From: Candidatus Latescibacterota bacterium
Lineage (GTDB): Bacteria > Latescibacterota > UBA2968 > GCA-2709665
Assembly: GCA_965226795.1 (NCBI GenBank)
Contig: CBDDDZ010000004.1
Coordinates: 832,001-896,000, forward strand
DNA: 64,000 nucleotides
Direction: 5' to 3'
The notes under the pieces are model-generated. The model ran no database searches. It was not told the origin of the DNA and saw only the letters and a program-made list of their open reading frames with translations. Every line of letters starts with the position of its first letter. The stretch's first letter is position 1. Positions 38,246-50,056 of this stretch are shown one piece after another. The translations under genes and the position numbers were made by a program.

Positions 38246-41200
38246 ATGATCGAAAGAACATTCCAGAATATCTCTGAGGGCAAACTCAGCGAGGCAGATC
38301 AGCAGTCGTTCTTGGTCAGTTTAGATTGGTCGAGAGGGACGACATGGAAAAACCTTCTGCGCTCGAAGCGTGTGCTGATGATCTCAGAGGCGGGCGCGGG
38401 CAAGACGTATGAATGCCGAAAACAAGCGCGGCGTCTTTGGGATGCCGGAGAACCTGCATTCTTCATTGAGATGGCATCACTGGCGACGGGTGATCTACGC
38501 AGCCAGTTAGATGATAAAGAGGAAACGCGCCTGGACGATTGGCAATCCTCGCAATCCGACATCGCGACATTTTTCTTGGACTCTATCGATGAGCTCAAAC
38601 TGACCCTCGGTTCATTTGAGCAGGCCCTAAAGCGCTTGAATAAAGGCATCGGTAGCCGGCTCGGCCGAGCCCGGATCGTCATTACGACGCGGCCGACCCC
38701 ATTTGACGAACAGCTCTTGCGTAGCGTTCTGCCCGTACCTCCCGTGCCTTCGGCGGTGCCGAGTGAAGAATCGTTCGCGACGATCGCAATGCGTGATCAT
38801 CAAACCCAACAAGCCGGGAACAATGACGATCACGCCCCTCCCAATTGGCGAACTGTTGCGCTGATGCCGCTATCCGAAGAGCAGATTATCGAATTCTGTA
38901 GCGATCAACTTGTGGAGAACCCTGCCGCGCTCCTGGAGGACTTGAAGAGACGGAACGCAGAGGAATTCGCGCGCCGCCCGCAGGACCCTAATCGAATTAT
39001 GCGCGGATTGGCGAGAACACAACCACATCCGCACTCATCGCACTCAAGTGGCGGCAAATGTGCACATAAAGCTGCTGCCCCGAGACGACAGGCACGAGCC
39101 CGCCCAACTGTCTGTTGAAAAAGCCGTTGAGGGGGCGAGCCGATTGGCCCTCGCCATGATGTTCATGCGCCGAATGACAATCCGGCACAGCGCAGCGTCA
39201 GATATCATCGATGATGAAGCCGCCCTTGATCCGGAAATCCTACTGTCGGATTGGAACCCGAATGAGCGGAAAGCTCTACTTGAACGGCCGCTCTTCGGAT
39301 TTGCCTCGTACGGGCGCGTGCGTTTTCACCATCGTTCCGTCGTTGAATACTTAGCTACAGAACGCCTTAGGGCGCTCCGTGCCATGGGCATGTCGTTCCG
39401 GGCTCTTAGGCGTTTGATCTTCGCGCAGACAAAAGGCAAGACGATTGTCCGACCATCAAAACGACCGATCGCAGGTTGGTTGGCTCTCACAGAAAATAGA
39501 ATATTCAAGATGCTTCGGGACAACGAACCTGCTGTGCTTCTTGATGAAGGTGACCCAGAGGCTCTATCCCAAGACCGCAACGCAGCCAAGCACTAAGTGC
39601 CTATGTGGAACGCTATGGTCAAGGCGGACGGCGTGAACTGATCGTTCCATACATCCAGGTTCATCGTTTCGCGTCTCGGCCGAACTGGCGGACGACATCA
39701 TTCAGAACTTTGGGGAATAGGATATCGAAAACCCTGATGTGCGTCTGATTCTTCTCCATCTCATTGAGGCGGGCCGCATCGGTGATTGCGCTGACATTGC
39801 GCACGGTGTAGCCGCTCGACGCTCTGGCGTGCCAGTTGTAGAGCGGCTGATTGCTGTCGATGCGATGGTTGCGATGCGGGATTCAAGACTCAAGGACATC
39901 GCGTGCGAGTTGGCGGCTGCTGATAGTCAATGGTCACACGAACTCGCACTGGGAGTCTTGTCGCAGCTGTTTCCGAGAGATCTTTCGATCGACCAGTTTC
40001 TACAGACCCTGAGTTGGTTGAAAAATGGAAAGCGGAATATCCGCCAACTGAGTTGTCAACTACCCCGTCTAATCGCCAACACTGAGCTTGACCCGCAAGA
40101 CCTTAAGGCGCTTCGCGACGGGCTGGTCAAATTACTCTCTACAGGCCTCCGCTGGCGACCGGAATGGCCACACATCGTATGTGATCGGTCGTATCTAAGC
40201 GGCGCATTGGCCGTGGTCTGCGTGCGCGGACTCGGCCGGAGGAAAACCGATGGCTGGCTGCATGCGAGCGTTCTAGCGCTTCGTCTGAAAGATGATCGCG
40301 AATACAGCAATGACGGAGGGTTCGTTGAGCTTCGCGACCGACTGAAGAACTTAGCAGCTGAAGAGAACGCGCGCCTTTTTTTTGCGGAAGACGCCTTGGT
40401 TCAATCACTCCGCGCCGTCGCCGATCCCTGGCAGCGCTTCGCGGAAATCACGTTACACGACGGACCCGTCGAGCTTCGCTCAGATCGGGATCTGGACTGG
40501 ATCAAGGAAGCTCTCGCCGACGCGGCCCGTTCCGAAAACGACCGAGCTATGCTATTGGAGGCGGCGATCCGCCTACCGCCAAACCGAAAACAGTGGCGGG
40601 ATCATGTGTCGGGCCTGAAGGCGCTGGTTGCCGATCGGCCAAGTCTCCTTGCAGTAATCGATGAGCGCCTGAAGCCATCGAAGCACAACAAGGAGCGAGA
40701 GTACTGGGAGAAAAAGAAGGCGGAGTGGAAAAAGAAACGAGAGCGGCGAGCTGCCAAGAACCGTGCTAGTTGGATTCAGTTTTGGCGGAAAGTTGCGGAG
40801 CACCCAGACGACGCTTTCTCTTCCGAACATAGCCAGAACACAGCGTGGAAACTTTGGCAGGTAGTGAGCCACGACGGCGAAGATAGCCGTACATCTGGGT
40901 GGAATCGGCGCTTTATTGAAGAGCACTTTGGAAAAGACACAGCGGACCGGTTGCGACGCACACTGATGGATATCTGGCGCAAAGACCATCCCACCCTCCC
41001 AAGCGAAAGACCGGAAGACCAGCGCGGAACCTATCTCGTCTGGTGGCAATTAGGGCTCGCCGCACTCTATGCGGAGGCCGAAGATCCTTCATGGGCCGAG
41101 AAACTGACCGACGAAGAAGCCAAGCTTGCCGCACGTTACGCACCCATCGAACTCAATGGGTTGCCCAATTGGATGGAAAGTCTCGTCGATGTCCATCCAA

Positions 41201-42544
41201 GCGCGGTGGACGCAATACTTGGTAAAGAGTTGAGCTGGGAACTGAAGAGGGATCCTTCCGAAAATGGACATTCAATACTATTGCAAGACATTAGTCTCGC
41301 GCCTGAACCGGTCGCAAGATTGTTTTTTTCTCGACTTCGCAAATGGTTGGACAGGGGCGGAGATGTTGTCGATGATGCGAGCGACCTCGCTGGTTCCACG
41401 GAACGACTTCGGCAGGTAATCGGCATTATGCTAAAACATGGCGACAAAGAAACGCGTGCGTACGTGCTCGCCATGGCGCATCGGCGTCTCCAGAAAGACC
41501 ATCCAGAAGAGTCTGTTTTTATTTGGCTGCCGACGCTTATGCGACTGGATCCCGCTCTCGGTGTATCCACGTTTGAGGATCGTATCCGTACGATCAAGCC
41601 GGGAGCTAATAGCGATGCGGTCAAATGGTTCAGCGTTCTATTCGGTGATCGTCATGATGCGATTAATCTGAAGACACCCGCATTCACGCCGCAACTGCTC
41701 CTTCGACTGCTCCGCCTCTCGTATGAGCATGTCAGGCCGACTGACGATGTCGAGCACGAGGGACCCTATTCGCCCGACACCCGCGACCACGCCGAACGCG
41801 CACGAAACGAGATTGTGAGCGCGTTGTTGGAGGCGAAAGGCGAAAAGGGCTGGAAAGCGAAACTGGAAATGGCTAGTGATCCGCACTGCGCACATTTCAG
41901 CGACCGCATTATCGCGGTCGCTGAGGAGCATCGGGCACTTGAGATAGATTCTGTCCCGTTCGACGAGGAGCAAGCCATTGCGCTCGACAGGACACACGAA
42001 GCACCTCCTGCAACAAACGAAGCAATGTTTGCCCTAATGAACGATCGGCTGGATGAAATTGATGACCTTTTGCAACACGACGCATCGCCACGGGAAGTTT
42101 GGGCAGCGATCACTGACGAAAGGGTTCTGCGGCGCGAAATTGCACACGAGCTTGGAAATATTGCGAATGGTCTATACAAAGTGGACCAGGAAGCTGTTAC
42201 GGCGGACGAAAACAGAACGGATATTCGTCTGCGTTCGGTAGTGTCAGAGCACGAAGCGGTGATCGAACTCAAACTCGCCGATAAACGGACGGCCCGCGAC
42301 TTGCGAGACACGATCTATGGTCAACTGGTCACGAAATATATGGCGGCCGAGAACAGAAAGTCAGGGTGCCTGTTAGTAACTCTGGCACGAGATCTGAATC
42401 GGAAGTGGAAACACCCGGATAGCGGAACCGATATCGACCTACCTGAGTTGGAGACGCTCCTCCGTGACGAAGCTACACGAGTGGAGATGACGATTGGGCG
42501 GCGCACTAGCACTGAGCGTTCGCGTTCTAGACCTGCGTCCCTGA
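38246..42544 (+). CDS. STAND/NACHT-like NTPase with long helical region and C-terminal PD-(D/E)XK nuclease, multiply frameshifted
   Basis: Walker A SEAGAGKT, Walker B FFLDSIDE, IVITTRP, VRFHHRSVVEYL; C-terminal QEAVTADENRTDIRL...VIELK and ...VLDLRP. Frame breaks at ~38988, ~39570-39720 and ~42496. Confidence 0.8.
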
Positions 42545-42959
42545 TTGGCTTCCCAGAAACTGCGAAAGAACATTTGGATGCTTCAGGCCGGTTGGGCAAG
42601 AAAACTCTGTTTTCAATCGGGTACGGCGAAACCGTCAGCCATCCCCGCACCTGTTTCCCGATCTCCAACTCAGCAAGTTCAAAACTCTTAACGACGTGAA
42701 GACGGCATCCGCGGCAAACTCGCGATCGAGGATCGCAGACTGTTCTGTTCGGCTAAATCAAACTGGACTCGATCCGCATGTACGCATATCTGACAATGCC
42801 GAGTTTATCAATGATAAAGCGTGTAGCCGCTGGCGGGAATATGGGGCTGTTGTTTAGACCGATGTATCCGAAAAACAAGCCGCCGACAGGATTTTGGATT
42901 GATTTCCTGGCAGACCCTTGTGTATTTGAAAGTTGCTACCGAGATTGCCGATTATGGAC

Positions 42960-43160
42960 GTCGGGGGGCGGACGATATAGTAAGCGATGTTGTGCATTGC
43001 CATCGCCCTCAGATTCCCAGTAAACGATGTCGGTATAGCCTCCGTCACGATTCCGGTGAATTTCCCACTTTTTGAAACCTGACTGTTTGCTCATCCAATT
43101 CTTCAGAACATCACCAGCAAGCGGATTCAGTAGATGTTCCTCCGAGATATTCTCTGCCAA
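42960..43160 (-). pseudogene. Fragment of an ABM/dimeric alpha-beta barrel protein
   Basis: WMSKQSGFKKWEIHRNRDGGYTDIVYWES with no intact start or end. Confidence 0.4.
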
Positions 43161-43277
43161 CTCGTAACTGATGATGTCTTTGCTACATCTTCGTTACCCC
43201 TTAAATTGACGAGTTGCATACAAGTCGTGGGTGCGGGACAGACAAACGAGGCTTTCCGTCGCGACGACGGTCATTGG

Positions 43278-43522
43278 CGCAAGCGTCCAGATGTTCCGAG
43301 GATTTGTACAGTCGCCAACTGACGACGGCTTCGCCGTCACCAGGTCCCCCGAAAAAACGTCAGAACGACGTTCAATCTTTTTCCCGATGTGATGCCAGGC
43401 GACACGTTTTGTTGAACTGATGCGAGGGGAGGGTAAATATCCAAGGGGCGAGCATCACCGACGTTGAGGACCTTGCTTTTCGAACGCGATGCATAATCTG
43501 TGTTCTTTCTCGGGTAGCTCAA
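43278..43522 (-). pseudogene. Degenerate copy of the peroxiredoxin-like (AhpC/TSA) selenoprotein gene
   Basis: KVLNVGD...VVLTFFRGTW(TGA)RRSRRQLATVQ; nucleotide-similar to 50775-50950. Confidence 0.75.
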
Positions 43523-43574
43523 TCTGCGTTCCGCGTAACAACAATACCGTTAGCTTGACTCAGGATCATCCGCT

Positions 43575-44333
43575 ATGGACAACGAATTGTTGCAACGGGG
43601 GTTCGTCCCCCAGCCGCTGACGCCCGCGCAATACAGCGCGCTGGACACCAACGGCTTCGTCATTCTGGAAGACGTCATCGCGCCCGACTGGCTGGCCGGG
43701 TTGCGCCATGCCTTTGACGCGATCTTTGCCCGCGAGGACGACAAAGCCGGTGCTGAGGTCGCCCAGATGGAGGGCGTGCGCCGCCTCGCCGATCTGGTCA
43801 ACAAGGGGACGGTCTTCGACGCTGTGTACCTGCAGCCGGCGCTGCTGACGGCGGTCTTTCACGTCTTGCAGCGGCCGTTTAAGCTGCACTCGCTCAACGG
43901 GCACGATCCACTACCCGGCAGCGGGTTACAGGGCCTGCACGCGGATTGGGGGCAGCCCACCGTGCCCGGCGGTCCGTACCACGTCGTCAACTCGATGTGG
44001 ATGCTCGACGATTTCACCCGGGTCAACGGCGCGACCCGCTGCGTCCCCGGCAGCCACCGCAAACCCGGCAGAATCGCCGACCACGTAGCCGATCCCCTGG
44101 CCGATCATCCGGATCAAGTACAACTAACTGGACGCGCCGGCTCGGTCGCCGTATTCAACGGCAGCCTCTTGCACAGCTCATATCGCAACCTCAGCGACGC
44201 CCCCCGCCGCACCCTGCACTGCGCCTTTATCGCCCGCGAGCACCCGCAGCAGACGAACCAGCGCGGGTACCTGCAGCCCGAAACGGCCCAACGCCTCTCG
44301 CCCCTGGCGCGCTACATCCTCGACGTGGCGTGA
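43575..44333 (+). CDS. PhyH family dioxygenase
   Basis: NGFVILEDVI, LHADW, GATRCVPGSH, GSLLHS, RRTLH. Confidence 0.9.
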   Translation: MDNELLQRGFVPQPLTPAQYSALDTNGFVILEDVIAPDWLAGLRHAFDAIFAREDDKAGAEVAQMEGVRRLADLVNKGTVFDAVYLQPALLTAVFHVLQRPFKLHSLNGHDPLPGSGLQGLHADWGQPTVPGGPYHVVNSMWMLDDFTRVNGATRCVPGSHRKPGRIADHVADPLADHPDQVQLTGRAGSVAVFNGSLLHSSYRNLSDAPRRTLHCAFIAREHPQQTNQRGYLQPETAQRLSPLARYILDVA

Positions 44334-44396
44334 ACCTGGAGGGTTTTCTCATACTGCTTTTCTTTGAGATGATCCACCGCGTACCAATATAGGAAA

Positions 44397-44492
44397 AATA
44401 AGGCACCGATATCAATACTATGCGATTCGCAGAAAACGTACGCAAGGGTCCGGCAGCGCCCCTGTTGAATCGCCTGTCGCCGCACAGACTCG
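44397..44492 (-). promoter_or_regulatory. Repeated promoter-like module, copy 2
   Basis: TTGCGT(44445-44440)-17 nt-CATAGT(44422-44417). An internally deleted further copy lies at ~44670-44731. Confidence 0.55.
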
Positions 44493-44866
44493 CTTCGCCA
44501 TCATGTTCGACGATCGCGTCCCTTTTCATTGATCCACGAACGCCACTTACACGATATTCTTGACACCCCCGGCCAGAGACCGTTCTTGAAACTGCCTCAG
44601 CTTGGCCGCCGACGCCTTAATGAACCGCTTGGAAACGACATCCACCGCCCGCACCCGCCGACTGAACGGAATAACGCCCCGATATCGGCACAAAGCAGTT
44701 CCCAGCAGGGGGGTCCCCTGATGAATCGCTTTTTGAGGACGATAAGCCAAACGCCTCCGGTACCGCCTCGGCCAATGCTTGCGCGAACCCGCGCCCGATA
44801 CCTCAACGCCATCCGGTGACCAGCGCCGTTTGGCCGTCGAGCTTAAAAAAATCCAAAATCCCCATG

Positions 44867-45241
44867 CTATTCCCCTTGGTTCTGTCCTTGAAGAACGGTC
44901 AGTGCATCCCACGTCGCCGGAAATCCGCCGAAAGCGCTCATCTGCAACATGACCTCCTCAATCTCCTGCCTTGTGGATCCGCAACCAAGGGCTCGGTCGA
45001 TGTGAACAGCAAGTTGTTCCGGCCTGCCGAGAACCGTCAAGGCCGCGATCGTGCACAGCAGACGGGTCTTGATGTCCAGCCCGTCCCGTCCGTACAGGTC
45101 ATGCATCACGTGCTCCATCACGAGTCGCTCGAACTCGGGATGAAGTGTGCGCATCTTCTTGGCAGAGGCTTCTGCAGCGGCCTCTCCGAGCATCGTCGAG
45201 AGAACTCTGCGCCCTGCTTCGTAGCGTTCACTTTCAGTCAT
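44867..45241 (-). CDS. Carboxymuconolactone decarboxylase family protein
   Basis: LYGRDGLDIKTRLLCTIAAL, LAVHIDRAL, EIEEV, FGGFP. Confidence 0.88.
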   Translation of the reverse strand: MTESERYEAGRRVLSTMLGEAAAEASAKKMRTLHPEFERLVMEHVMHDLYGRDGLDIKTRLLCTIAALTVLGRPEQLAVHIDRALGCGSTRQEIEEVMLQMSAFGGFPATWDALTVLQGQNQGE

Positions 45242-45307
45242 ACATCCTCCGCCCTTGGGTGTCGATTAAAATTTTGACCGTGCTGTCGCCGCAGTAGCAG
45301 GCCGCCT

Positions 45308-45445
45308 TCATCGCAGGTGCCAGTCTGCGTCTTCAAGCGCCTCGTAGACCACGCCGCCCCCCACCTGCTCGGGCATGGGGATGCCGAGCAAGTAGCACAA
45401 CGCCGGCGCGACATCCACCGCCCGCACCTGCCGACCGAGCGCCAG
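45308..45445 (-). pseudogene. Orphan C-terminal tail of an alkaline-phosphatase-superfamily protein
   Basis: Reads RQVRAVDVAPALCYLLGIPMPEQVGGGVVYEALED. Confidence 0.5.
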
Positions 45446-45499
45446 CAGCCCCTCAGCTCGATTCAGCCACGGGTTCCACTTGGATGTACCCCGGATCGT

Positions 45500-46916
45500 T
45501 CATACAAACAGCTCTTGTACCAGCGTCCGAGCCCGCTCGACCACGGTTTCAAGGCAGCCGGGGGCGAGCTTTGCCCAGTAGGTAACGTCTTCGTTGGCCT
45601 CGTGTCCGCCACGGGTGTAGGCCGCCCTCGTCGGCAGGTAGCCGACATAGTGCGTCGTGAGGTGCGCTGGAAAGAGAAACGGTGCCGCTGAGTTCGTTTT
45701 GAGTGCGAGTTGTCCTTCGACAAAAGGCTCTCCAGGCAGGCCGATAACGCCGAGGTCGCCGATGCGGAAACCCTGGATTTCATAGGGGAACTCGGCGTCC
45801 CGCTGCCGGCATAGTTCGACGCTGCGGGTCGATGCGGCCCGAAACCAGTGCCGATCCACTTCGCTGTTTGCCTGGCGCGGCGGATGTGGATTCTCAGTGA
45901 GAATCGCATTGACCTCGCGCAAGCGCTCGGCCGGAATCTCGCGGAAGGGCAGGCCGACCTTGTCGACTCTACAAGCCAACGCAGCGTTGTTGGCAAACGC
46001 CATATTGTGAACAATTCGTTCGCTCATCTGCGCCAATTCGCGCCCCATTCGCTGGTGATCCGGTCGGCAATCCGGGTCGAAAGGATGCCAGGGGTTGATG
46101 TTGCCGCAACAGCCGTTGACGACCAACGGCACTGCGTCGGAGCCGAATAGCTGTTGCATCTCCCGCGTCCAGGCACCAGGCCAATCCGCCGACACCGCCC
46201 GGTAGGACTTGGGATTTCCGAACACATTGACCGGATGACAGGTGTAGTGCAGGAGAAAGGCCAGCGGCCGCATATCCATGTCCTGGACGCAGCACACGCC
46301 AACTTCCGGGTCCATCGGCCCTTCGAGATAGCAGATGTCCGCGATCCCGAACGGCTGTTGTTCCCGACCCAGCGGCTTGGGCATGGCGATGGTGCCGTCC
46401 CGGCGTATGCCGCGGCGATTGAAAGCCAGGTCCCCCAACACGCCACGCCCCAAACCGATGCGCACGGGTTGCAGCTTGCCCACCGCTTCGACCGCGGCCT
46501 CCACTGCGGCGGCAGCAACCCGGTCCCCGTAGGCGCGCTCGCCTCCGCGCAGATACTCCGTCTCCTCTTTGGTCTCCAGAGGGAAAATCCGCATCCAGCA
46601 TAAAGTAGCCGAGGCTCGGGGCGGAGTGCGTCTGGGTCGCCTGGACCATGATCGCCTCCGGTGCGATGCCCGTATGCTCGCCTATAACGGTGCGGATCTG
46701 GTCCGTGTAGTCCCAGGTGACAATGGTGAGATCCAGGATCACCATGCAGACGCGCCGCTGGCCGACTTCAAAGACGATGGCCTTGGCAAAAAGCGGATCC
46801 ATCACGGTTTGGGCCGGGCGGTGCTCGCCAGCCCCGCTTCCCGCCAGATGCGTCCCCGGCGGTGGCGTGATGTCAATCATCGCTGCTCCGGCTCTCAGTA
46901 GGTTGGTCTCGTGCAT
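45500..46916 (-). CDS. Neutral/alkaline ceramidase-like hydrolase, +1 frameshift at ~46580
   Basis: LRAGAAMIDITP, DPLFAKA, ATQTHSAP, NRR, HYTCHP, VSADWPG, GCCGNINP, LPGEPF, GYLPT. Length is 1417 nt (3n+1). Confidence 0.82.
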
Positions 46917-47070
46917 GGTTTTTCCTTTCGGCGCCAAGGGCGTTGAAGCGCAAAAGAGGCTCGGCGTCGGTCAGCGCCCCTGATGCATATGGCAGGATAA
47001 ACGGAATTTTGGCTGATTTGGAAAGGATCCAGGTCGTCACGCGAACGTGTGCGTTGTTCGGCCTGAGGAG

Positions 47071-47167
47071 AAATAAGGTACCGATATCGGTAATATGCAA
47101 TTCGCCGAAAACGTACGCAAGGATCCAGCAGGGTCCCTCATGAATCGCTTGTCGTCCCACAGAATCG
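47071..47167 (-). promoter_or_regulatory. Repeated promoter-like module, copy 3
   Basis: TTGCGT(47120-47115)-17 nt-CATATT(47097-47092), upstream of the ceramidase-like gene. Confidence 0.6.
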
Positions 47168-47579
47168 TCCGGGAATGCTCAGAGTACCGCGGTAAAGGAT
47201 TTTGTCGCGTTTCAGGGATCGGCCTGGCACTTGAGGGCGCACTCCTCCGTACGGCTCACGCAGGGAGCGAATCGCGTAGGAGGTCAGGCGGCGAACTCGA
47301 ACTGCGGCGGAGGGGGTAGGAGACGATGCAATATTGGCAAAACGGAGGGACCAACTCGTTCTTCCTGAACCATACTTCCAACGGGGCTATGGGTTGCTAT
47401 ACACCCAGCACATTGAGCAGGCGCACATGGGCTTTGATTTTGATTTCCTTTAGTTATACCTTTACTGTCGAATTATTGAAGGAGAAATGCAGATGCGAAC
47501 AGGCGGATATCGAGCGTACGTTGGCGGCCGTCTTGGAGGAGTGGGTGGAGGCAGAGGAAGCCATGGATAATGGAGACCC

Positions 47580-47966
47580 ATGAAACGCAAAAACATAGCT
47601 ACCAGCAGCCCGTTTGGCGCGGAGTTTGGTTATTCGCGCGCCGTGCGCGTGGACCGGCACGTCCACGTCGCTGGCACGTGCGCCCAGCCGCCTGACGACC
47701 AGGGCGATGCCTACGAGCAGGCCATGGGCGCATTGCAGATCATCGACAAGGCGCTCGTCAAAACCGGTGCCAACCTCGGCGACGTGGTGCGAACGGTCGT
47801 GTACATCACGGATACGGCTCATGCCGCTGGCGTCACCTGCGCTCACCACGAGGTGTTTGGCGAGATTTTGCCGGCTTCGACCTTGGTCGTCATAGCCGCG
47901 CTGCTAAAGCCGCATCTGGTCGTCGAGATCGAAGCCTACGCCATTTTGCCCACCGAAAGTGCGTGA
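47580..47966 (+). CDS. RidA/YjgF family protein
   Basis: GYSRAVRV, VAGT, DVVRTVVY, PASTLV, VEIEAYA. Confidence 0.9.
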   Translation: MKRKNIATSSPFGAEFGYSRAVRVDRHVHVAGTCAQPPDDQGDAYEQAMGALQIIDKALVKTGANLGDVVRTVVYITDTAHAAGVTCAHHEVFGEILPASTLVVIAALLKPHLVVEIEAYAILPTESA

Positions 47967-48427
47967 ACAAAGACCGCCAAGTCCTGTCTATTGGCGTGTT
48001 GGGCTGCGGCCCCATCGCCCAATTCGCCCACTTTGAGTCGTGCATCAAGGCCCGCAATATGCGGCTGTACGCGCTGTGCGACCAAGCGCCGGACTTGGCC
48101 GTGCGCATGGACTACCACGAGGGCTTTCACATCTACGGCGAGCACGGCAGCGTCGTCGGCAAAACCTACCTGCCGTGGTTTTTGAAATCCAGCGATGTCG
48201 AGTGCTTCTCCACGCGAGACGGTCAGTACCACCGGCCTTTAGGAGCCGACGCGCATTTCTACCGACTCCAGCTCGAAGGTTTTGCCGATGCAGTCCTCCA
48301 CGGCGCGCCCCAAATGGGGGCCGATGTGGAGGATGGAACTCTAGCTATGCGGGCGATGGCCGCCATTGTCCGCTCGGTCGCAAGCGGCGATTGGGTCCGC
48401 TTCGAGACCGTCACCGGCGGCGTCTAA
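47963..48427 (+). pseudogene. Gfo/Idh/MocA oxidoreductase with a large in-frame internal deletion
   Basis: Rossmann start IGVLGCGPIAQFAH...ALCD joins directly to C-terminal EGFHIYGEHGS...QLEGFADAV...SVASG; only 154 aa. Confidence 0.75.
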
Positions 48428-48439
48428 CACAGGGGATCA

Positions 48440-49984
48440 ATGCCCATGTCCTCGGCTCGCCCTCGCTTATGGCCTCTCCATCTGCTCGGAGGAGGCGTCG
48501 TCCTGGCGCTCCTGTTGATCTGGGTGCCCGAAGCCCCCCATCGCCAGCAACAGGTCATGCGCACCATGGCCACCTTCATTCTCGCGATTTTCTTTGCTTT
48601 GCTCTGGTTGCTCTTCGCGTCGCGGCTGGCCTGGGGATCGCGCCTGCGCTATTTCGGCGGTATCGTCCTCGTCATTGCGCTTGGTATCGGATTTTTTCGC
48701 GTTAAGGGTATGAGCGGCGACTTCGCACCGATCCTCGAATGGCGTTGGAGTACCAAAGACGAAGCAGGCGCTGTCGAAGGAGGGGACGCCACCGCGCTCG
48801 ACGCCCGCGATTGGCCGCAATTTCTCGGCCCCGAGCGCAACAACCGCCTCCGCGGCGTTCACCTCGAACGCGACTGGGCCAAGCATCCGCCGCGCGAAAT
48901 CTGGCGTCGCCCCGTCGGCGCAGCCTGGTCTTCCTTTGCCATTGTCGGCGGCCGGGCCGTAACCCAGGAGCAACACGGCCCCGAGGAGCAGGTCGTCTGC
49001 TACGACTTGGCAACGGGCCGCAAGCTCTGGCAACACGCCGACTCGACTCGCTACGAGACCGCCATTGCCGGCATCGGCCCGCGCGCTACGCCCACCATCG
49101 CTGGAGACCGGGTTTTCACGCTGGGCGCTACTGGCATCCTCAACTGCCTGGATCTGGCCAGCGGGGCGCTGATTTGGTCGCGGGACATTCTCGCCGACAA
49201 TCAGGCTAAGGCCCATATATGGGGCATTAGCTGTTCGCCGTTGGTCCTCGACACCTTGGTCGTGGTCAGTGCCGGAGGCCCGGATGAGCGCTCGCTAGTG
49301 GCCTATCACCGCCAAAACGGCGCATTTGTCTGGGGCGGGGGCACAGACAAGGCCGGCTTCAGCTCGCCGCGTCTGGTCACGTTGGCGGGACGCGAGCAGA
49401 TCCTGATCTTCAACAACCACAGCGTTGTCGCGCACGATCCGCAGAGCGGAGCTCCCCTCTGGCGTCAGCCTTGGGATCGGGCCGAATGCATTGCCAATCC
49501 CCTGCCCTTGCCCGGGGACCGGGTTCTGGTCTCCACCGGCTACGGCATTGGAGCCAGGCTGTATCAAGTGAATGCCGCGCCCAACGGCGAGTTGACGACC
49601 GATATCGTCTGGAAAAGCCCCCGGATCAAGGCCAAATTTTCCAACATGGTCTATCGCGATGGTTTTGTCTATGGCCTCGACGACGGGGTGCTGGTCTGCC
49701 TCGACCCGCAAGACGGCAAGCGTCGCTGGAAGCGCGGGCGTTACGGCCACGGCCAGCTCATCCTGATAGACGATATCCTTCTGATAATGAGCGAATCGGG
49801 TGACGTGTTACTGGTCGAGGCTCGCCCCGACCGCCACGTAGAACTAGCGCGCATGACGGCCTTCGACGGCAAAACCTGGAATCCCCCGGCCTTTGCCACA
49901 CCCTATCTGTTAGTGCGCACGGAAAGCGAGGCCGCCTGCTACGAGCTGGCGCTTGCAAACGGTGCTCAGGCGCAGCGCTTCTAA
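48440..49984 (+). CDS. Membrane-anchored PQQ-like beta-propeller repeat protein
   Basis: Three N-terminal TM segments, DWPQFLGP, GPRATP and repeated CxDxxTGxxxW units. Confidence 0.88.
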   Translation: MPMSSARPRLWPLHLLGGGVVLALLLIWVPEAPHRQQQVMRTMATFILAIFFALLWLLFASRLAWGSRLRYFGGIVLVIALGIGFFRVKGMSGDFAPILEWRWSTKDEAGAVEGGDATALDARDWPQFLGPERNNRLRGVHLERDWAKHPPREIWRRPVGAAWSSFAIVGGRAVTQEQHGPEEQVVCYDLATGRKLWQHADSTRYETAIAGIGPRATPTIAGDRVFTLGATGILNCLDLASGALIWSRDILADNQAKAHIWGISCSPLVLDTLVVVSAGGPDERSLVAYHRQNGAFVWGGGTDKAGFSSPRLVTLAGREQILIFNNHSVVAHDPQSGAPLWRQPWDRAECIANPLPLPGDRVLVSTGYGIGARLYQVNAAPNGELTTDIVWKSPRIKAKFSNMVYRDGFVYGLDDGVLVCLDPQDGKRRWKRGRYGHGQLILIDDILLIMSESGDVLLVEARPDRHVELARMTAFDGKTWNPPAFATPYLLVRTESEAACYELALANGAQAQRF

Positions 49985-50056
49985 CAGGGCCATGGATTTT
50001 CCCGCTACCCCGCCAATCGCGACTCTAATAATCGGGCACTTGTAAGGAGGAAAGTC

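Noticed and set aside
47326..47583. 85 aa ORF upstream of the RidA gene
   Set aside because: No clear RBS or family motif; at most a short remnant in its last ~35 codons.
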